From contig CP129489.1 in NCBI GenBank assembly GCA_030584065.1, positions 3,510,235-3,574,234 on the forward strand: a stretch of 64,000 nt of DNA. The letters are read 5' to 3'. The notes beneath the pieces are model-generated. The model did not search any database, had not been told where the DNA came from, and saw nothing but the letters and a program-made list of their open reading frames with translations. Position numbers and translations under genes: made by a program. The stretch is from Flavobacteriales bacterium (GTDB lineage Bacteria > Bacteroidota > Bacteroidia > Flavobacteriales_F > PHOS-HE28). This document shows positions 56,790-64,000 of the stretch, one piece after another; position 1 is the stretch's first letter; each line of letters begins with the position of its first letter.

Positions 56790-57560
56790 TCAAGCCTGCT
56801 CAATGGCCCGCGTCAGCGCGATGAAGTCCGCCACGCTCAATTGCTCGGCGCGCCTGCCCGCATATTCAGCCGGCGGGGCGCCGGTCAGCTCCGGCAGCGG
56901 CTTCAGCGCATTGCGCAGGGTCTTGCGCCGCTGGTTGAAGGCGGTCTTCACCACCCGGAAGAAGAGCGCTTCATCGCAAGGCAGCCGCTCCACCCTGTTG
57001 CGCTTCATGCGGATCACGCTGCTGCGCACCTTGGGCGGCGGTATGAAGCTGCCGGGCTCCACATGGAAGAGCAGCTCCACATCATAATAGGCCTGGGCCA
57101 GCACGCTGGTGATGCCGTAGGTCTTGCTGCCGTGGGGCGCGCGGATGCGGTCGGCCACCTCTTTCTGGAACATGCCCACAAGCTCGGTGCACCGGTCGCG
57201 GTGCTCCAGCACCTTGAAGACGATCTGCGTGCTGATGTTGTAGGGGAAATTGCCCGCCACAGCGAATCGGCCTTCGGTCACGCCGTCCGGATCCATGCGG
57301 AGGAAGTCCTCCTCGCGCACGTCGATGCCGGGGTATTGCGCGCGCAGGTAGTGCACCGATTCACGGTCGACCTCGAAGCAGGTGGTGGTGAAGGCCTTGC
57401 GCGCGAGCAAGTGCTTGGTGAGCGCACCGGTGCCGGGCCCCACCTCGATCACGGTGGTGTAGCCGCCGTGACCGGTTAGGCCATCGGCAATGCGCTGCGC
57501 GATGCCGTCCTCCTTGAGGAAATGCTGGCCGAGATGCTTCTTCGGGGTTACCGCGTGCAT
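56790..57560 (-). CDS. rsmA: 16S rRNA (adenine1518-N6/adenine1519-N6)-dimethyltransferase
   Basis: MHAVTPKKHLGQHFLKEDGIAQRI..., a SAM-binding motif (VIEVGPGTGALT) and a KsgA C-terminal domain. ATG at 57560 (the track's first M is GTG). Confidence 0.9.
   Translation of the reverse strand: MHAVTPKKHLGQHFLKEDGIAQRIADGLTGHGGYTTVIEVGPGTGALTKHLLARKAFTTTCFEVDRESVHYLRAQYPGIDVREEDFLRMDPDGVTEGRFAVAGNFPYNISTQIVFKVLEHRDRCTELVGMFQKEVADRIRAPHGSKTYGITSVLAQAYYDVELLFHVEPGSFIPPPKVRSSVIRMKRNRVERLPCDEALFFRVVKTAFNQRRKTLRNALKPLPELTGAPPAEYAGRRAEQLSVADFIALTRAIEQA
56793..56971. repeat. Direct repeat, right copy (inside the 3' end of the intact ksgA)
   Basis: See the left copy at 52104-52282. Confidence 0.8.
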
Positions 57561-57865
57561 CACCGGTCCACGGACTCAAGCAGGGTGCGGAAGGCGTGGA
57601 ATCGACCGCCGAACGCCGCGTGTGCCTCGCCCTGCAGGCGCGGGGCATGCTCATCGCGGTACCGCTCGTAGGCGGCCATGTCGGCGGCGGTGTACTGGAC
57701 GGCATAGGTGACCCCTCCCTCGTCGTCGGCGAGCACCTTGAACATGCGGCCGTCGAGGAAGAGGCCGGTGGCCATCACGCGGGGGATGTGCTCCTCGCGC
57801 ATCCACGCCAGCCAGGCATCATGCGCGTCGTGGTCGATGCTCACGGTGACGTTGTAGACGATCAT
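57560..57865 (-). CDS. DUF4286-family small protein
   Basis: MIVYNVTVSIDHDAHDAWLAWMREEHIPRVMATGLF resembles the conserved Bacteroidota DUF4286 N-terminus. ATGA overlaps on both sides. Confidence 0.6.
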   Translation of the reverse strand: MIVYNVTVSIDHDAHDAWLAWMREEHIPRVMATGLFLDGRMFKVLADDEGGVTYAVQYTAADMAAYERYRDEHAPRLQGEAHAAFGGRFHAFRTLLESVDR

Positions 57866-59712
57866 GGCTGCGGGGGCGGTTTCTGCTCGGGCAGGCTGTC
57901 GGGTGCATCGCCGCGGAGCTTGCGGTACCGGGCGCGCGCCTCCGGCACGAAGATGCTGCCGGTATGCTCGAAGAGCAGCTTCTCGTAGCGCGCCTTGGCT
58001 TTCTCCGGGTCCTGCAGGCGCTCCTCGTAGAGGCGGCCCAGGTCGAGGAGGGCGTTGTCCACGAGGATATCGATGGGGTAGAGCTCGATCACCTTCTCCA
58101 GGTGCTGCGCCGCCTCGGCATAGCGGTGGCGCGCCATGGCTATCCGGTAGCGCTCGTAGAGGGCATCGTCGCCCAGGCTGTGCTGGGGGAACTCCCGGTC
58201 CAGCGAATCGAGCGTGAGCAGCGCACGGTCATAGAGGTGCTGCACGCGAAGCAGTTCGGCACGGGCGAAGAAGGAGAGGGGCACGGCATTGCTGTCCACG
58301 CCCAGGTTGTCGGTGATGCGCAGGCTCAGCTCCATGGCATCGTTGGCGATGAGCTTGCTGGTGCTGGCCTTGAGCACCCCCAGTTGGGCCTGCGCCCACA
58401 GGAAGTCGCCCGTGTAGAAGGAGACCTTGGCGTTGCGCAGGCGCGCCTCGTGCCCGAGCAGGTCGTGCTTGAAGTCGAGGTCCACCTGGCTGTAGAGGAG
58501 CGAGGCCTCCCAGATGTCGCCGCTGATGAGGTGGATGTCGCCGAGCTCGAGCTTCACCTCGCCCTTGGTCTTGGCGTCGAGGCCCGGCAGCGCCAGCGCC
58601 TCCTCCAGCAGGGCCATGCCCTCCTGCGGGCGCTCCATGTAGTAGGCCTTCAGGTGCGCACGCTCGCGCAGGAGCGGCAGGGTGCCTTTGTTCAGCCCCA
58701 TCTCCTCGATGGTGGAGGCCATGCGGCGGTCCAGGTCCTCGAGGGCCTCCGCAGCGGGCTCGGGCTGTTCGGTGAGCTGGGCATAGCGTGCGCTCACGGC
58801 GCCGGTGCGGGCCGTGAAATAGTTGGCATCGTTGCGCCCCAGGGCGATCACGTAGTCGTAGCAGCGGAAGGCTATGCCGTGCTCCTTGTTCGCCAGCGCG
58901 ATGCGCGCAAGGTCCATGAGCCGCGCGCCGCCCTCGTCCAAGCGCTTGTCCAGCGCCTTGCTCTGCACGAATGCCGCTTCCAGGTCCTTCTGCTGGACGA
59001 GCATCCAGATGAGCAGCTCCTGGAAGATGGTGCGCGAGGGGTCGCGCTGGATGCGGCGCAGCAGCTCGGTGCGCAGCACCTCCGTGCGGGCATCGGCCTG
59101 GTCGAAGTCCAGGTGGCGCGAGAGGGCGTTCTGCACCGCCTGCACATAGGCCTCGTTGGCGGTGAGCAGGTCCATGTAGGCCGATACCATCCGCGGGGTG
59201 TCGCCCTTCATGCCGTGCAGGTTGGCGATCTCGAAATGGTAGCTCATGCCGTCCTGCGCGAGCCGCTGGCCGCGCTCGTAGGCCTGGAGCGCCAGGTCGA
59301 GCTTGTTGTAGCCGATGAAGGCATTGGCCACCGAGCGCACGCCGGCCTGGTCGCCGCGCAGCATCTTCAGGGCGCGGTCATACTCCTTCTGCGCACGCTC
59401 GGCATCGCCGCCCAGCTCCAGCACGCGGCCCAGGTCGATGGGATAGCGCGGATCATCGCCGTTGCGGCGCATGCGCTCCTTCACCAGCTTCTGCGCGCTA
59501 TCCGTGTCGTTGGCGCCGAGGTGGCTCTTCAGCAGCTGCTCGTAGTAGTAATCCGTGGGCTGCTGGCGGTAGAGCCGTTCGTAGTAGAGCACGGCCTTTG
59601 CGAAGTCGCCCTGCTGGAAGTACTGCGCAGCCAGCTGCTCATCGGTTCCGGGCTGGGCCACGGAGCCCAGGGCCCAAAGAATCAAGGGCAGGAGGAGCGC
59701 GAGCCTTCTCAT
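57862..59712 (-). CDS. Secreted tetratricopeptide-repeat protein (large)
   Basis: The internal ATG gives the signal peptide MRRLALLLPLILWALGSVAQ, with many TPR units along 617 aa. Confidence 0.75.
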   Translation of the reverse strand: MRRLALLLPLILWALGSVAQPGTDEQLAAQYFQQGDFAKAVLYYERLYRQQPTDYYYEQLLKSHLGANDTDSAQKLVKERMRRNGDDPRYPIDLGRVLELGGDAERAQKEYDRALKMLRGDQAGVRSVANAFIGYNKLDLALQAYERGQRLAQDGMSYHFEIANLHGMKGDTPRMVSAYMDLLTANEAYVQAVQNALSRHLDFDQADARTEVLRTELLRRIQRDPSRTIFQELLIWMLVQQKDLEAAFVQSKALDKRLDEGGARLMDLARIALANKEHGIAFRCYDYVIALGRNDANYFTARTGAVSARYAQLTEQPEPAAEALEDLDRRMASTIEEMGLNKGTLPLLRERAHLKAYYMERPQEGMALLEEALALPGLDAKTKGEVKLELGDIHLISGDIWEASLLYSQVDLDFKHDLLGHEARLRNAKVSFYTGDFLWAQAQLGVLKASTSKLIANDAMELSLRITDNLGVDSNAVPLSFFARAELLRVQHLYDRALLTLDSLDREFPQHSLGDDALYERYRIAMARHRYAEAAQHLEKVIELYPIDILVDNALLDLGRLYEERLQDPEKAKARYEKLLFEHTGSIFVPEARARYRKLRGDAPDSLPEQKPPPQP

Positions 59713-60257
59713 GGCAGCGGTGCGTTGGCCAGCAGTGCCTCCACCGTGTCGCGGCGGTCCCACGCGTGCTGCAGCAGCCGGTAATTGTCCATCACCGCAT
59801 GCACGGCGGCGATGGTCTCCGCATGGCGGCGCTGCTCGGCGGCGATGAGCGCTCGCCCCTCCTCGGGGCCGATGGCGCCAGCGGCCAGGTCGGTGCGGAG
59901 CAGCCGCAGCCGCTCAGCGGCGGCCGAGAGCTCGGCGAGGATGCGTTCGTGGCCCTTGCCCATGTCGGCTGCGCGGCGCAGGGCGATCCACTGGCTGCCC
60001 AGGGCCTGTGCCGCATCGGGCGCCAGCGTGTCTGCGAGCCTTGCGCGGAAGCGCTCCTCGCTGAGCGCGAAGAGCGAATCGGCGCGGAGGTAGCGGTTGC
60101 GGTCCAGCTCGTTCAGGGTGAGCAGGGCGCCGTCGGTGGCGGTGATGAGCTGATCCACGGCGGTGAGCTGCGCGGGGTCTGGATCGGGAGAGCAGGCCAT
60201 GAGCAGGGCGCTCGTGGCGAACGCAGCACTGCAGGCCGAGCGTATCCCTTGGGTCAT
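59709..60257 (-). CDS. Hypothetical lipoprotein (Ala/Leu-rich helical)
   Basis: MTQGIRSACSAAFATSALLMACSPD lipobox; ATGA overlap with serS. Confidence 0.5.
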   Translation of the reverse strand: MTQGIRSACSAAFATSALLMACSPDPDPAQLTAVDQLITATDGALLTLNELDRNRYLRADSLFALSEERFRARLADTLAPDAAQALGSQWIALRRAADMGKGHERILAELSAAAERLRLLRTDLAAGAIGPEEGRALIAAEQRRHAETIAAVHAVMDNYRLLQHAWDRRDTVEALLANAPLP

Positions 60258-61528
60258 TTCGTGATGAGCGCGAAGCCGGTGTAGGGCTGCAGCGCCTTGG
60301 GGATGCGGATGCCCTCGGGCGTCTGGTTGTTCTCCAGCAGGGCCGCCACGATCCGTGCCAGGGCGAGCGCGCTGCCGTTCAGCGTGTGGGCCAGGCGGGG
60401 CTTCTTGTCCTCGCCGCGGTAGCGGAGCTTCAGGCGGTTGCTCTGGAAGGTCTCGAAGTTGCTGATGCTGCTCACTTCCAGCCAGCGCTGCTGGGCGGCG
60501 CTGTACACCTCCATGTCGTAGGTCATGGCGCTGGCGAAGCCCATGTCGCCGCCGCAGAGCAGCAGCTGGCGGTACGGCAGCTCCAGGGCGCGCAGCAGGC
60601 CCTTCACATGCTCCACCATCTCCTCCAGGGCGGCGTAGCTGTCCTCGGGCTTCTCCACGCGCACGATCTCCACCTTGTCGAACTGGTGCACGCGGTTGAG
60701 GCCGCGCACATGGGCGCCGTAGCTGCCGGCCTCGCGGCGGAAGCAGGGGGTGTAGCCCACCAGCTTCACAGGCAGCTTGTCCGCGTCCACGATCTCGTCG
60801 CGGTAGAGGTTGGTGATGGGCACCTCGGCCGTGGGGATCAGGTACAGGTCATCCACGGTGGCATGGTACATCTGCCCCTCTTTGTCGGGCAGCTGGCCGG
60901 TGGCGAAGGCGCTTTCGGCGTTCACCAGGTGCGGGGGGATGATCTCGCGGTAGCCGGCCTTGGTGGCTTCGTCCAGGAAGAAGGCGATGAGCGCGCGCTG
61001 CAGGCGTGCGCCCTGGCCGCTGTACACAGGGAAGCCGGCGCCGGTGAGCTTAACGCCCAGGTCCATGTGCAGGAAGCCGTATTCCTCGCCCAGTTCCCAA
61101 TGGGGCTTGGCATCGGGGCCCAGCGTGGGGATGGCGCCCTCCTGCATCACCACCGCATTGTCCTCCGGCGTCCGACCGGCCGGCACCTTCGGGTGCGGTG
61201 CATTGGGCAGGGTGACCAGGTGCTCCTGCAAGGCTTTCTCCGCGGCCTCGAGGCGGTCCTTCAGCGCTTGGATGCCGCTCTTCAGGTCGGTGCTCCGGGC
61301 CTTGGCGGCCTCGGCCTCATCCTTGCGGCCGCTCTTCATCAGTTCCCCGACGCTTCGGCTGATGGCATTCAGCTCCGCCTGCCTCCCATCCAGCTCGGTT
61401 TGGGTGGCACGCCGCTCATCGTCCAGGCTTCGCGCCTTGCCCACCATGCCCTGTGCATCGATGTTGCGCTTGCTCAGGCGGGCAATGGCCTCTTCATGGC
61501 GGTCCCTCAGGAAGTTCAGCTCCAGCAT
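60254..61528 (-). CDS. serS: Seryl-tRNA synthetase
   Basis: N-terminal coiled-coil arm plus class II core (motif 2 FRREAGS, motif 3). Confidence 0.9.
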   Translation of the reverse strand: MLELNFLRDRHEEAIARLSKRNIDAQGMVGKARSLDDERRATQTELDGRQAELNAISRSVGELMKSGRKDEAEAAKARSTDLKSGIQALKDRLEAAEKALQEHLVTLPNAPHPKVPAGRTPEDNAVVMQEGAIPTLGPDAKPHWELGEEYGFLHMDLGVKLTGAGFPVYSGQGARLQRALIAFFLDEATKAGYREIIPPHLVNAESAFATGQLPDKEGQMYHATVDDLYLIPTAEVPITNLYRDEIVDADKLPVKLVGYTPCFRREAGSYGAHVRGLNRVHQFDKVEIVRVEKPEDSYAALEEMVEHVKGLLRALELPYRQLLLCGGDMGFASAMTYDMEVYSAAQQRWLEVSSISNFETFQSNRLKLRYRGEDKKPRLAHTLNGSALALARIVAALLENNQTPEGIRIPKALQPYTGFALITK

Positions 61529-61633
61529 GTCGTGTCTTCGTTCGCGGTAAAGGTATCGGTCGTGCGGCGCAGCCGTTCAGCACGAAGCCCCTCCACCGGT
61601 GGGCGGAAGGGCTTCGCAATCGGTAGGGTCCGG

Positions 61634-61900
61634 TTACTCGGCCTTTTCGGCGGGCACCACGCTCACCACGCTGCGCTCGCCGCGCTTCTTCTCGAACTTC
61701 ACCGTGCCATCGGCCATGGCGAAGAGCGTGTGGTCCACGCCGATCCCCACGTTGCGGCCGGGGTGGTGCTTGGTGCCGCGCTGGCGCACGATGATATTGC
61801 CGGCGATGGCCTTGCTGCCGCCGAAGATCTTGATGCCGAGCCGTTTCGAGTGCGACTCGCGTCCGTTCTGGGTACTGCCTTCACCTTTCTTGTGTGCCAT
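61634..61900 (-). CDS. rpmA: 50S ribosomal protein L27
   Basis: [28 protein letters not shown]. Confidence 0.9.
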   Translation of the reverse strand: MAHKKGEGSTQNGRESHSKRLGIKIFGGSKAIAGNIIVRQRGTKHHPGRNVGIGVDHTLFAMADGTVKFEKKRGERSVVSVVPAEKAE

Positions 61901-61954
61901 GGCTGAGGGGGTCTGACGTGCCGGGCCGGGCCCAGCGGCTCGTTATGGTCTTGC

Positions 61955-62467
61955 TTACTTCGAATCGTCCTTCTTGGCGGCCTTCTTCGGGGCGGCTTTC
62001 TTGGCAGCGGCCTTCTTGGCCGGAGCGGCTTTCTTGGCGGCGGCCTTCTTGGCAGGGGCAGCCTCCTTGGCGGCGCTCTTCTTGGCCTTGGGCTCGGCGG
62101 CCTTCACCGCCTTGGGAGCGGGAGCGCTGCTCTTGCTGGCGTCGAACTTCTCGCCCTTGCCCAGGATGGCCTCGATCCACAGTTCCGTGAGGTACTGGCG
62201 GTGGCCGTTCATCTTCTGGTAGCCCTTGCGGCGCTTCTTCTTGAATACCAGAACCTTGTCGCCCTTGCCATGGCTCAGCACCTTGGCGGCGATGCGGACG
62301 CCCTCCACCGTGGGGGTGCCCACGCTCACGGTCTTGCCGTCGCTCACGAGCAGCACCTTATCCAGCTCCACGTGCTTGCCTTCCTCGGCTTCGAGGCGGT
62401 GCACCTTCAGCTTCTGGGCCTGCTCAACCTTGTATTGCTGGCCGGCGATATCGACAATGGCGTACAT
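61955..62467 (-). CDS. rplU: 50S ribosomal protein L21 with a Lys/Ala-rich (histone H1-like) C-terminal extension
   Basis: The internal ATG gives [27 protein letters not shown]. The C-terminal about 65 residues are AKKAAP/AAKKAA repeats. Confidence 0.85.
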   Translation of the reverse strand: MYAIVDIAGQQYKVEQAQKLKVHRLEAEEGKHVELDKVLLVSDGKTVSVGTPTVEGVRIAAKVLSHGKGDKVLVFKKKRRKGYQKMNGHRQYLTELWIEAILGKGEKFDASKSSAPAPKAVKAAEPKAKKSAAKEAAPAKKAAAKKAAPAKKAAAKKAAPKKAAKKDDSK

Positions 62468-62589
62468 GGTCTTCCGAAAATGGGGTGCGAAAGTAGCGCT
62501 ATTTCCGATCCTCACCAACAGGTGGATGTGCGCAAGGCGTCATTTGATTGATTCCCAAGCCCCAAACGGGCCTACAGCGGCTGGGGCAC

Positions 62590-63849
62590 TCAGAGCTTGA
62601 AGGCCTTCTTCACAGCATCCACGGCGTTGAGCTCCTCCCAAGGGAAGAGCTTCACCTTCACCGTAGCTTCCTGGCCGGCGTTCCTGAAGGTCTTGGTCAC
62701 CTCCTTGCACTCGCGGCCCATGTGGCCGTAGGCGGCCGTCTCGCTGTAGATGGGCGTGCGGAGCTTGAAGCGCTGCTCGATGAAGTAGGGGCGCATGTCG
62801 AACTCCTTCATGCCGCCGATCACGTCGGCGATCTGCCCGTCGGTCTTCTTCACCTTGCTGGTGCCGTAGGTGTTCACGTAGAAGCCCACGGGCTTGGCCA
62901 CGCCGATGGCATAGGCCACCTGCACCAGGCATTCGTCGCACACGCCGGCCGCCACCAGGTGCTTGGCCACATGGCGCGCCGCGTAGGCCGCGCTGCGGTC
63001 CACCTTGCTGGGGTCCTTGCCGCTGAAGGCACCGCCGCCGTGCGCACCCTTGCCGCCGTAGGTGTCCACGATGATCTTGCGGCCGGTGAGGCCGGTGTCG
63101 CCATGCGGCCCCCCGATCACGAACTTCCCGGTGGGGTTGATGTGGTACTTGATGTCCTTGCCGAAGAGGGCCTGCACCCGCTTGGGCAGCTTCCTCATCA
63201 CGCGGGGGATCAGGATCTCGATCACGTCCTTCTTGATGCGCGCCAGCATCTTCGCCTCCTTGTCGAAGTCGTCGTGCTGCGTGCTCACCACGATGGCGTC
63301 GATGCGCTTGGGCGTGTGGTCGTCGTTGTACTCGATGGTCACCTGGCTCTTGGCATCGGGGCGCAGGTAGGGCATCTTGCTGTTCTTCTCGCGGCGGATG
63401 GCGGCGAGCTCGCGCAGCAGGAGGTGGCTCAGCTCCAGCGGCAGCGGCATGAAGGTGTCGGTATCGCGGCAGGCGTAGCCGAACATCATGCCCTGGTCAC
63501 CGGCGCCCTGCTCCTCGGGCTTCTTCCGCTCCACGCCCTGGTTGATGTCGGGGCTCTGCTCGTGGATGGCGCTGAGCACGCCGCAGCTGTGCGCCTCGAA
63601 CATGTACTCGCTCTTGGTGTAGCCGATCTTCTCGATCACATCACGGGCGATCTGCTGCACGTCGAGGTAGGCCTTGCTCTTCACTTCGCCCGCCAGCACC
63701 ACCTGGCCGGTGGTCACCAGCGTTTCGCAGGCCACCTTGCTGCTGGGGTCGAAGGCGAGGAAGTGGTCGATGAGGGCATCGCTGATCTGGTCGGCGACCT
63801 TGTCGGGGTGGCCTTCGCTGACGCTTTCCGAGGTGAAGAGGTAAGGCAT
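62590..63849 (-). CDS. metK: S-adenosylmethionine synthetase
   Basis: [13 protein letters not shown]; the three MAT domains. Confidence 0.9.
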   Translation of the reverse strand: MPYLFTSESVSEGHPDKVADQISDALIDHFLAFDPSSKVACETLVTTGQVVLAGEVKSKAYLDVQQIARDVIEKIGYTKSEYMFEAHSCGVLSAIHEQSPDINQGVERKKPEEQGAGDQGMMFGYACRDTDTFMPLPLELSHLLLRELAAIRREKNSKMPYLRPDAKSQVTIEYNDDHTPKRIDAIVVSTQHDDFDKEAKMLARIKKDVIEILIPRVMRKLPKRVQALFGKDIKYHINPTGKFVIGGPHGDTGLTGRKIIVDTYGGKGAHGGGAFSGKDPSKVDRSAAYAARHVAKHLVAAGVCDECLVQVAYAIGVAKPVGFYVNTYGTSKVKKTDGQIADVIGGMKEFDMRPYFIEQRFKLRTPIYSETAAYGHMGRECKEVTKTFRNAGQEATVKVKLFPWEELNAVDAVKKAFKL

Positions 63850-63923
63850 GTGCGCGGTTGAATTTCAGGGCGGCAAAGGAAGGGGTTTGACCGATTCGCC
63901 GGCCACGGCTGCCCCTGCCGGTC

Positions 63924-64000
63924 ACTGCCTGCGGCGGTGCACCTGCACGTAGGCGTTGCGGTGATCGGGCTCGAAGTGGTCCGCGAGCACCTGCCGCAGG
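63924..64000 (-). CDS. 3' end of an unidentified gene (partial, runs off window)
   Basis: The minus-strand frame reads ...LRQVLADHFEPDHRNAYVQVHRRRQ and stops with the TGA at 63924-63926, followed by a short GC hairpin. Confidence 0.3.

Larger units (their letters stand above)
52104..56971. mobile_element. Putative integrated non-autonomous islet (about 4.7 kb) carrying two T9SS cargo genes, inserted into the 3' end of ksgA and bounded by ksgA-3' direct repeats
   Basis: ksgA-mgtE adjacency is interrupted. The intact ksgA is reconstituted by the right repeat, and the displaced 3' remnant sits next to mgtE. No integrase or transposase lies inside. Confidence 0.4.

Noticed and set aside
63850-63923. 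Possible SAM riboswitch in the metK leader
   Set aside because: The leader is only about 74 nt, with no recognisable SAM-I or SAM-II conserved cores. There is just a short GC hairpin that is more likely the terminator of the upstream gene. It could be checked with Rfam/Infernal.
1-64000. CRISPR arrays, IS elements, transposases, integrases, toxin-antitoxin or restriction-modification/defence genes
   Set aside because: None were seen. There are no spacer-repeat arrays and no DDE or tyrosine-recombinase-like ORFs. The only tandem or interspersed repeats are those listed: the 7-mer x5 repeat, the ksgA direct repeats, the mfd palindrome and the L21 tail repeats.

Overview
This window is a high-GC (about 65%), densely coding chromosomal segment. 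The T9SS C-terminal sorting domains, SprB-type repeats, a GldE-like gene and a TonB-dependent receptor (TBDR) point to a gliding, T9SS-bearing member of the Bacteroidota/Rhodothermota lineage. Most of it is core housekeeping with classic 4-bp ATGA coupled overlaps: an M20 dipeptidase, gpmI, tRNA-Phe, coaX, an LptC-like/GldE-like/PpiD-like cluster, the rodA-mrdA-mreDCB cell-shape operon, purH, mfd, fbp, lysC, mgtE, rsmA(ksgA), serS, rpmA, rplU and metK. The track's first M can be a GTG or TTG codon, so several starts were moved to an internal ATG.

Accessory or notable content:
- Two tandem paralogous giant surface proteins (choice-of-anchor-L N-domain, SprB repeats, T9SS type-B C-terminal domain) with a G7 tract in their promoter region.
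- A TBDR plus lipoprotein pair with no SusD-like partner.
- A TetR-ABC-HlyD-TolC export cluster with a small CutA/PII-like gene.
- An orphan histidine kinase (HK) and an orphan ECF sigma factor.
- An in-frame GAATGG-type palindromic insertion inside mfd.
- An approximately 4.7-kb islet carrying two T9SS-secreted beta-propeller proteins, inserted between ksgA and mgtE and flanked by a 98%-identical 179-bp direct repeat of the ksgA 3' end. The first cargo gene carries a (CGTTCTG)x5 heptanucleotide repeat between its only ATG and its signal-peptide-encoding frame. Five units put it out of frame; three or six units restore it, so this is a candidate slipped-strand phase-variation switch.

No CRISPR array, transposase, integrase or recognisable defence-system genes were seen. 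The many long opposite-strand or alternate-frame ORFs in the track are high-GC shadow ORFs.
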